Of a DNA stretch of 64,000 bases, positions 54,701-64,000 are shown in pieces. Both the position numbers and the translations under genes were made by a program. The DNA is from Felis catus (lineage: Eukaryota): assembly GCF_018350175.1 (NCBI RefSeq), contig NC_058368.1:35962001-36026000 (forward strand), read 5' to 3'. Below the pieces are notes generated by a model, which saw only the letters and a list, made by a program, of their open reading frames with translations, did not search any database and was not told where the DNA came from. Positions within the stretch are counted from its first letter, which is position 1. Each line of letters begins with the position of its first letter.

Positions 54701-56996
54701 ATCAGTTTCCTGAAACTACCAAACTATCATATTACTTATGTAATCTTGATAAATTGAAAACATATCACTATTTAAAGAACTAGCAAACAATATTGAGCTT
54801 TTAATCCAGAAAGAACTAAAATCTGCAGGCATTCCACACTGTTATACAATTTTTGTCCATCATGTTTTTTGGTAATTCTGCAGTATTGTTTGGAACTTTA
54901 AGCAGGTTTCTCCCCCTTTGGGCAGGGGAGAAGTATCTAAGAAGTAGAGGGAGACATATTAGGAATGGTAAAAAGCTGAAAGAAGGTAAAGTTGAAGAAC
55001 ATTACAATTTCACGATGCACACACACAAACACTACATACTATATATATTATTGTTTTTTCCTGTCAACTTTCTCCTTTCTTCACTAAAGCAATTATGTTT
55101 TAAAACATTAGTACCACACAAACTAGAATGTACAACAATGGGTTCAAGAACATTCACAATCAACATATAATAAAACACTGTTCATAATGTCTCTAGCAGA
55201 TGTTTTTCAGTACCATTACTCTTTCAACATTAAATTCCATTTTCAGTCAGGTATGACCTGGCTTGGAATGTGTAGATTCAAGGTCAAGTTTGAGTTGACA
55301 TGTCCTAAAATGGAAGTGGTCTATCTTTGTCTTAAAATCAAAACTATAACCTCTGGCACTAATATCTGGAAATATAATTGCTACATTTAAATTTCTGGCC
55401 CCTAAGAGAATACTGCTTGTAAATCATGGCTCTTTGATGTGAATTCCATATTTTCAAAGGCGGACATAACCTGCCTATTTTAAAATAACTGCAAGTTTGA
55501 GCTCATTCTTCTGTGAAAATCACTAAAACGTGAGAAGAGTTTTACATTTTTCCTGTGATGATATGCAATGTAAAAAGTTACTTGCTACATAGACATTTTC
55601 ATATAAGGTTATATGTGTTTCAGATTTAATGTGAATAGGAAATATTTTTATATTATAATTTTACATTATATAATTTTCTTCAAGAGTCAAAAAGTTGGGC
55701 CAAAAAAAAAAGCCCCAAAATTCTGCATAGTCTGTGGTTAAAAATGTAATGCAAATTCTCCCTTACTCACTTATACCCAGTGGAAGACATTGCAGGTAGA
55801 GCATCAAATATGGAGCAAAAGAAAGACAAAATGATCAGGTAATAGAATATAAAGCAAACAAGGAAATACAGAAAAGAGAAAAAGAAGAAAATGGTACCCT
55901 AGAGAACTGGGTTTAAAAAAAAAAGTTGTTTTTTTTTTTTTGTAAAGAAAATAAGTTAAAAGTTTTATAATAAAAATTGTAAGACTATGTATAGGAAAAC
56001 CCCGCCTTTTTCTTCCCCTTATGTGTTCTAAGCAGAGTTTTGTGAACTCAGGAAGGTAGTGAGGGGAGGGCTGAAGACAATAGGTTTATGAAGAAATGGC
56101 AGCAGTTTAAGCAGTTTAAGAGCAAATGCCAACAACATGCAAAATATGGTATGCAGTCACAGTCCTTTAGTTAGCCAACCCACATCTTCATAATTATATC
56201 AAACACAAATTCCATCATGTCCCTGGAGGTTGGTAATAGAACTTCAGATGAAAGGGAAAAAAAAAAATAATCTTACATACAAAGAATCAAAACACTACAG
56301 TATCATCATGATGACTGAATGTAACCAACCTCAAAATGATTATGTAATGATAGGAGAAAAGAACAGGAGAAAGCCAGCTCGATAAAAATCTTAATTTTAA
56401 GTTGGCAACACAGCTAATATATAGCACTGGCAAGAATTTTCACCTCTGCAGACCCCCAACTTCTATAAATAAAATAGGAGACTGGAACAAGATGATTATC
56501 AAGGTGTCTCAAAGATTTTTTTTAAAGGTATTCCTTTTTCACCCTTATCACCAAGGAGGAGACTGTACTTCTAATTTCAGAGTCTAACATGGGAGATGAA
56601 AGGAAGTGAGTGATTACAACAAGAAGCTGATGCTGCTTTTGCAATATGTTGGCTTACGATGCTCCAGCATTAACCATAAATACTCTCGTCAGTCATAGGA
56701 GTGCAGTTTTCATCTTACATTTTGACATGAAATTGACAATAACGACAAGAAATCAGGTTTATACTTTTTAAAAACTCCTTGGACTTCATTTGTGGCTACA
56801 GTTTCAATATACATATTTGAAATCAAAATAATTTCCCATAAATATCCTTAGGTTAAAAAAAAAAAAAAAAAAGCAAGATGGGCTTCAAAGCTTTATGGGA
56901 CAATCCTGATATGAAAAGGCCTGACATTTTCTTTCCTGCATTGCCTGGTATAAAGATGCCTGCACAGGAGAGTTAACGCCAAAAGACAGTACTTAC

Positions 56997-57098
56997 CACA
57001 ACAGCAAACTGCTCGGGTTCACATAAGTTGTTATAGTCACTCTTGAACTGAGACAGTGAACTTAACTGTTCTTGATCTGGAAGATGCTTTATTAGGTT
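56997..57098 (-). CDS. DIAPH3: DIAPH3 internal coding exon (102 nt, phase 0 to 0), FH2 domain
   Basis: TTTTTAG|AAC CTA ATA...GTT GTG|GTAAGT. Translates NLIKHLPDQEQLSSLSQFKSDYNNLCEPEQFAVV, continuing the previous exon in frame. Confidence 0.96.
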
Positions 57099-58847
57099 CT
57101 AAAAATTAAAAACATAAAATATTTTCACTAAATGTGCTTCTTGCACTCTAGATAAATCCATCAATAAACTATTGGAAAGAAACCACTAAAAAAGTCAGTC
57201 TTCAGTTTTATTTCTAGGTAACCTCCCTTATACTCAGCTTTACGCTACATTCTCTGCATCTTGAAAGCAGTCAATTTTTCTCTTTACTCTCTAGAGTTAT
57301 ATATTCAAATCAAGCACTACTGAATGTTTATTTGATTAGCTATATAACTGAGAAAGAAAAACTCCACCTATACCAAAGGAACAGCTTTCTCACCTGGGTA
57401 AATGTGATCAATTACATTTCAGATTGAGGGAATTAAATGTCAGATATTCAAGCAAAGCCAAACATATTTTAACACTTCATCCAGGGTGATAAAAGAAATT
57501 ATCATATTACTACTAAAAGGCAAGAGAAAGAAATGAAATCCAGAGAACTTTAATGAAAGTGCTTGCAAGATTTAATCAACATGATTACAGTTTTAATAAC
57601 AAAAATGAAAGTATCTCTAAAACGAAGACAAAGTAACTTTTCCGATGTGGAAGAAAACTTGAAAAGGTACTAAAGACATGGAATGATGTACTTTGCAAAT
57701 AAAAAGCTTCTGAAGAGATCCTTTAGGAATTTAAGTGCCTGTTGCCTTTGGCCTGGATCACCTCCCATCCAGAAACCACAGGCTTGCTTGGTTATTCTGG
57801 TTCCTCTGTCCATGAACAGTCTTTCCCAGGCCACACACTTAAGGTCAGGCAAACACTCCCAATGAAGACCAAATAAACAAATTTTCTTCCCTGTTATAAA
57901 GTAATGATTATACAGTCTTGTGGACAAAGTCTATATAGATCTTCCGTATCAAAATGTAATTGATTTTAACAGTGTCATTACAAATTAGTGTCCTGATATT
58001 AAAATTAAGAAAAAGAGTGGTTGGTGTTCACAATCCCAAATTTTAGCATCAGTATATTGTCTTCAAGCCCAAAGTCAATACAAGTTATAATTCAGCCTAC
58101 ATCATGCTCTATATATTTATGGGGAAAACTCCCCCAAAGGTGTCATTAGTTAAAGACATTGTTAGAGAATGTTATTTATCAAAGTAGTTAGATCAAAGAA
58201 GAAGTTTTGGACTCACTGTGTACCTTTGGACAAAAACTTGGTTGACTGGCCGAGAACAAACAAAAAAAAGTGGCGATTTAAGATCATCCCTAACAAAAGT
58301 ATTTACTATTAATACTACCAACTGAATAAAAACAATGCAAGTAGAGGATTTTTCCACATAAATAGAAATTTCTCTTATTAAAATTGCCTGAAGCCAAAAG
58401 ACCTGGTTATTTGTGTTTCTTTTAACCATTCTAGCTAACAGCTGGATTGAGTTACTTATAATCAGGCTTCTGAATTTCTTCAGTATCCTTGTAGATGACC
58501 ATCAAATCCCCTTAAATATTATGAGTTAATATATAATCTTTTATCATGTATTTATTAATTTTTCACTTCATGATTTTTGCTTTGTAGAGTAATGAAACTA
58601 TAATGATTTCTAAGAATACAGGCCCAAACTTCCTGTGTCTCTCTCTCTTTACCAAAGTTACCAACCTTCCATAAATCCTAAGGTCCTTTCAGACCAAACC
58701 AACTCTTCACAGTTGCCCACATACCCACAGCTTTTCCCTCACAGCTCAGAGTATTACTAGTGCCAGAATAACTGACCTTTGCTACACATTAGTCACAGAG
58801 CCCTATCTACATCCATACTGTATTCAGTCCTGAAGTGCCCTCACCTC

Positions 58848-58872
58848 CACACACACACACACACACACACAC
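58848..58872 (+). repeat. (CA)~12 within a short tandem duplication GT(G/A)CCCTCACCTCCACACA
   Basis: Read directly. The unit starts at 58835 and again at 58873. Confidence 0.93.
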
Positions 58873-58973
58873 GTACCCTCACCTCCACACATGCACAGCA
58901 CTCCCTTAACCCATCATCTAATCTATACCAAAAAAAAAAAGTCTTGATACAGCCATGTGTACCTTGTATTATA

Positions 58974-58978
<5 letters not shown>

Positions 58979-59033
<55 letters not shown>
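58979..59033 (+). repeat. (CA)~27 microsatellite
   Basis: Read directly. Confidence 0.98.
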
Positions 59034-59034
<1 letters not shown>

Positions 59035-59397
59035 CATTTCACTTGTCAAACTAAATATCCCAGAAAGGTAAAATCGATGTTTAATTGAACCAACCACAAT
59101 GCCCTGCACATGGGGGGGGGGGGGGGGTATAATAAAATAGATGCTAAATGAACTAATTAATAAAAGACAAATGAAGGCAAATGGGGAGAGAATAAGTTAG
59201 AAGGATGACATCAAAAATGACATACTACTGACATCTGGTTATATATGAATAACTAGATATGCCAAAACAAAATCGTGACTGTGAACATAGCTTACCAAAA
59301 TGATGATTATTATAAAGTAAGGTTTTCCCTGTGCCCTGTGAAAAAAAGGCAGTTCTTCACTTTACAATTAGGAACATATTTTTTTTATTTAATTTAA

Positions 59398-59604
59398 GAG
59401 GGCACCTGGGTGGCTCAGTCAGTTAAGCGTCCAGCTTTTGATTTCAGCTCAGGTCATGATCTCATTTTTCGTGAGTTCGAGCCCCATGCGGGAGGTTGGA
59501 GATCCTGCTTGGGATTCTCTCTCCCCCTATCTCTCTGCCCCTCCCCACTTGCACTCTCCCTCCCTCTCTCGCTCAAAATGAATAAAGAAACTGAAATAAA
59601 TAAA
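59398..59604 (+). mobile_element. SINEC
   Basis: GGGCACCTGGGTGGCTCAGTCAGTTAAGCG head, CT tract, A-rich tail. Confidence 0.92.
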
Positions 59605-59716
59605 ATTAACTTGAGACTTCAAATAGCACGGAATTCTTATTTTTTAATCAGCATATAAATGTCCGAACTAAATTTTTCGATTTTAAATTCCTGAGATGGG
59701 TTTTACACGTAGTAGG

Positions 59717-60218
59717 TGTGGCAGGCAGAACGATGACCTGAACCACACCACCCAAGATGTCCACACCTAATCCCCAAAACTTGTAAAAATATTAGGATAT
59801 GTGGCAAAAGGAATTAAGGTTGTTATCAGCTGACTTTAAAAGAGGGGAAATTTCCCTAGATTATCAGAACTGCAGAATGTAACCACAAAGGTCGTTAAAA
59901 GTGGAAGAGAGAGACAGAACATGGAGCGAGAGGGAGATGTGACCATGGAAAAAAGAAGAGAGTCAGTATCCTTTGAAAGTTGAAGAAAAGTGTCCCAAGC
60001 CAAGGAATGTGGGAAGCCATGAGGAGCCAGGAAAGATAAAGGGATTTTTTTTTTTAAATCCTATAGAAAGGAAGGCAAGCCTGCCAACACCTGGACTTTA
60101 GCACAATAAGACACATGCCAGATTTCTGTTCAACAGAAATGGAGACTAATAAATTTGTGTTATTTTAAGCTACTGAATTTATGGTGAATTGTTACAGCAG
60201 CAATAGAAAACTAATATA
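59717..60218 (+). mobile_element. MLT1 (D/E-like) solo LTR
   Basis: TGTGGCAGGCAGAA start; AGCCAAGGAATGTGGG; GTTACAGCAGCAATAGAAAACTAATA end. Confidence 0.85.
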
Positions 60219-61461
60219 TTAAGAAATTATATGGAACTGGATGTTCTTTGGACATGAATTTAAAAGTGCAAATTTCCCATCTCTACACACAAAATCCACA
60301 TGAATATCCAAAACATTCGTGTAATCAAGTTAAAAGCTACTCTGTAAAAATTCAATACATGCATCAAAAAAAAAATACAAACATGTATGAAGCAGAAAAA
60401 ATTTTCTTTAAGGAACTTGAAATTTACTCCCAACAACAAGGCACATTTACGATCAACAGTTAACAAAGACAAAAACCTAGTAAAAAGAAAGTGCTTAGAG
60501 AAAAAAAGACTCAGGGAAGAGTTACTGAATCAGGTGTATATGAGTCTCAGCTACTCACAGCACAATCCCCTACTGGGATTATATCGCAACCACCTTGGGA
60601 AGACAAGATAGCAGAAGCAAAACCCAAAACTTTCCAAGATACCATTCATTGATGGATTAAATGTCCAAAATAATTTTAAACGTGTTCACACTAACAAATA
60701 ATCTCTGGTTTCTTTTTGTTGCTAAAAAGCCATTTTTCTAAGTACATCCACTATAAGAATGAAAGATAGTAAACTGAAGATATTATTCTCTTCCTATATA
60801 ATTTGTGGTTTGATACTCTGATTTTACAGTTTATCAAGACACGCATTATTGATGTCTTATGTGGAATTCAGCAAATAACTCTGGCACCACACTAGCATTC
60901 CTTAAATAATACTGCGGGTAGACACCATTTAAAAAATCTGGCAGCCTCCTGAATGAATTCAGAACGCTATGCCCACAATTTCTAGTACTCGTAGGAACAC
61001 AAATGACTCAAGGAAGGGTGGTTAATAAAGGGGACTCTAAACGAAGAGAAAAGTCCCTCAATCTTCTGCACTGAATCATAATGCAACTTTACAAGATAAG
61101 AGCCTAATAAAAACATATTCTGAAAGGATTATACAAATAAACTTTAAGTCACATATTACTAACCTTAACTGTAACAAAAACAAAAACATACATGTTGAAT
61201 TAAACAATTTGCCTTTCAAAAACAGTCATTTAAAATAATTGAAATGTAATCATTTTGATAGCATTACATTTAGTTGCAGTTAAGAAAAGATGCAGAGTTT
61301 TATCTCCTGGCAAAGCAGAAGTTATGCTAAAACTAATTATGCAGCAATGATTTTCCAGTTGAATGATCTGGTTTAAGAATTTTGCTTCACTTACAGATTT
61401 GTATTTAATGAGAAGCTTGCAATGAAATATTGGAATTTAAGCTCTCTGCCAGTTTGTTTAC

Positions 61462-61556
61462 CTGAATCATAGACTCTGCCAACTGTGTTTCATCCACTTC
61501 CAGTATCATCATTTTGATTTCCTCATATGGCACCCGAAAAGAGCTCAAGAAGATTG
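61462..61556 (-). CDS. DIAPH3: DIAPH3 internal coding exon (95 nt, phase 1 to 0), FH2 domain
   Basis: Minus strand: CCCCCTTTTAG|CA ATC TTC...ATT CAG|GTAAAC. Translates (S)IFLSSFRVPYEEIKMMILEVDETQLAESMIQ, matching recalled DIAPH3/mDia2 FH2 sequence, including the conserved actin-contacting Ile of the NLSIFL motif. Not in the ORF track. Confidence 0.96.
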
Positions 61557-63152
61557 CTAAAAGGGGGAGAAAAGGGTTCATAATGAGTAAGAGAAGAAAA
61601 GAATTTGAGATGTAGTTCTATGTATAAAATCAAAACTAATTTATAAAATGAGAGACTTTAAACATTAAATATAATGACTATGGGAGAAATTTTCATTAGC
61701 ACATTTTCTCCTCTAGTTTTAGAACTAGTATTTAAGCAACAGCCCTTTATTATTATGCTGGTTCCAAGGTTGATTTTTAATGCTTGGTTATTAGCCTATC
61801 ACAGGAATGGTGCCAATTTTCATATGATAAAAAAAAAAAAAACTGAAATATATTTGGTACACTATAAAAATATTACATTGGGATGAAAAGAACCATAAAA
61901 CTCCAATATGCACATATAATTTTTGTCTAAACATGTGTATTATTAGGTTTTATAATATCCTGCAGCCCTACTAAATAGTTTAGAAAAAAATATTTTAAGA
62001 AAACTGGCGAGTAGTGCATTTACACTATTGCAAGTTATAATAGCACTTTGCTCTTTAAAAACATTATAGACAATATGCCAGAAAAATAGCCTTTATATGT
62101 AACTGAAGCTTGAATATCGAATATTGGAAAACAAATTTTCCTGGGAAACCATACAAATGGATTATATTGGGTAATACGTTATTACTGAAGATTCCAACAT
62201 TATTTACATTTTTTTCTAATATCTCATATGTCTAATATTAAACCACAGTGATCTTCTCAAAAGCTACTGAGGTAAATAAGGATATTTTCATAGTATTAGA
62301 TTTAATGCTTTTGCCGTTTCCCCCCTTGATCTACTATTACTGCGTCTCTTCTTCAGTGACAGATGTCACTCTGTGAACATACTCAGAACTTGCTACCGCT
62401 ACCATTTATTTTATATGCTGAACTTATGTCATCTTGTCTGTAGATCTTTTCACAGACAGTATTTTTTACAAGATTTAGAAAACATGATCTTCTTTTTAAA
62501 GGCTATCTTTAGGCTTCCATATACCTGAGGACACCATGTATCATTTACAGATGAACAACATGTTCAACGTCAACACCAGCTTCACTGATACATTTCTGAA
62601 CTCAAATAGTTATAAATAAGGGATAATAGTGCTAGAAATTATGGATGGGTATAATCCTTAGTATACCAACTAATGGAATAAAATATCTAAATGTTATTGC
62701 AAAACAGATTAATGAAATTACAAAATAAAAACCCTGTAGTAGACTCTGAAAAGCAAAAAATATAGTAACTATATGATCTCAAAGAGGTCATCAGTAAATA
62801 ATTAATGGGAAGAGAACAAAATCTAAATACATACATCATGTACAAAACCAGTTGCTTATGATTGCAGAATTAAATGTAAATATTAACAAAAACAAATGCT
62901 AAAATAAATTTAACATGACAATTTAGCTCCTTTATGGTAAGAGAACATCTTAATCATATAAGTTGTTGGAAAATATGTGAAAAGAGTGATCTCTGACAAC
63001 ATAAAAGGAAAACAAGTCAAAGCACCGTAAACAATTAAAAAATAAGGAAGCTGAGGGGATAAAACTGCCTCAAAAAGCAAAGCATTTTTTTTCTTCATTT
63101 AGAATACCCTGAGGTCTAAAAAGGAAAATGAGCAAAATGTATGTAACCTTAT

Positions 63153-63288
63153 GGGCACCTGGGTGGCTCAGTTTAAACATCTGAGTCTTGATCTTTGCTG
63201 AGGTCATGATCTCAAGGTTCATGAGATGTCTCTGACCCTCCCCGCTCATGCTATCTGTCTCTCTCAAAAAATATAATCTTAAAAAAAA
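63153..63288 (+). mobile_element. Internally deleted SINEC
   Basis: Head and tail are present but the middle is missing. ATGTAAC(C/T)TTA on both flanks. Confidence 0.85.
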
Positions 63289-63709
63289 TGTAACTTTAAT
63301 TAAAAGAATAAGAGAAAAAAACAAAACTAATAATATGTAATAATGTGTTAAGCCTTAGGAGTAAGCAAACTGAGAAGGCAAAGTGTTAAAATACACCTGA
63401 ATTGCAAATTCTGTAGGATTAGTAAGATTAATCAGAATCTTTGAAATTATTAATTCCCTTTGAGAAGCAATAAATTCTACTCAAGAAACCTAGTCTATGG
63501 ATACAACAAGAAGATATAGAAAAGATTATAACATTTAATACAAAGATCAAAGGATAAAATTACTCTGAGGCATAACACAGTCATGGAGAGAAAGAAAAAT
63601 TATACTTTTACATATTTCAGCCACTAAGACAGAGTGGAGAGATGCCTTGGAATTATCTACTTCCTCCTCCCAAAAAAGGATATTTTGGATCTCAACCAAG
63701 AAATATCCT

Positions 63710-63805
63710 TAGCATAGCATTAGGTATAGTGCTGTCCAATCATTATGCTGTACAACTGGAACTAATGTAACATTGTGTGTCAGCTATAACTCAAGAATAA
63801 AAAAG
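63710..63805 (+). mobile_element. Short carnivore L1 3'-terminal fragment
   Basis: TATGCTGTACAACTGGAACTAATGTAACATTGTGTGTCAGCTATAACTCAA followed by an A tail. Confidence 0.65.
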
Positions 63806-64000
63806 AAACCCTTGAAATATCTAAAAAATATACATAAGTGTGTGCATGTATTTAAATCTTAAATCCATTTCTGAGCTATCCTTAAAGGAAGGAAAACAGA
63901 TATCCTGGGAGAAAAAAATATTCAAGGAAAGATTGAAATAATGGCCAAGGGAAAAAGAAAAAGATTACTAAAAAGAAACAAGATTTGGAGGATTTTTTAC

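Noticed and set aside
54830..54960. Acceptor-like TCTCCCTCTACTTCTTAG on the minus strand plus an 8-bp hairpin
   Set aside because: No good downstream donor, and the hairpin is within chance expectation.
55771..55898. Possible 128-nt cryptic exon ending at a TAA|GTGAGT donor
   Set aside because: Mediocre acceptor, pyrimidine-rich body and no supporting context; such pseudo-exons are common in long introns.

Overview
AT-rich felid (cat-family) genomic DNA, identified by about 19 carnivore/Felis SINEC elements and carnivore L1s. The whole window lies inside the formin gene DIAPH3 (mDia2), transcribed on the minus strand. Four consecutive FH2-domain coding exons have canonical AG/GT boundaries and splice in one open frame: 61462-61556, 56997-57098, 21661-21900 and 4604-4733. 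The rest is intron filled with SINEC, L1, L2, MIR, CR1/L3, MLT1/ERV LTR and DNA-transposon fossils plus microsatellites. Except for 21637-21900, the ORF-track entries look like repeat or chance ORFs. I found no convincing new multi-gene system. The best leads are: (i) an ERV 3' end (PPT-U3-R-polyA, apparently no U5) that seems to have been inserted by L1-type retrotransposition; (ii) two candidate stop-containing cryptic exons abutting (UG)n tracts, a TDP-43-like arrangement; (iii) a near-symmetric inverted SINE pair around the weak-donor 130-nt exon; (iv) a 240-nt exon that would form a stop-free circle starting with ATG. Repeat subfamily names are from recalled consensus sequences, not a search, and boundaries of old repeats are approximate.
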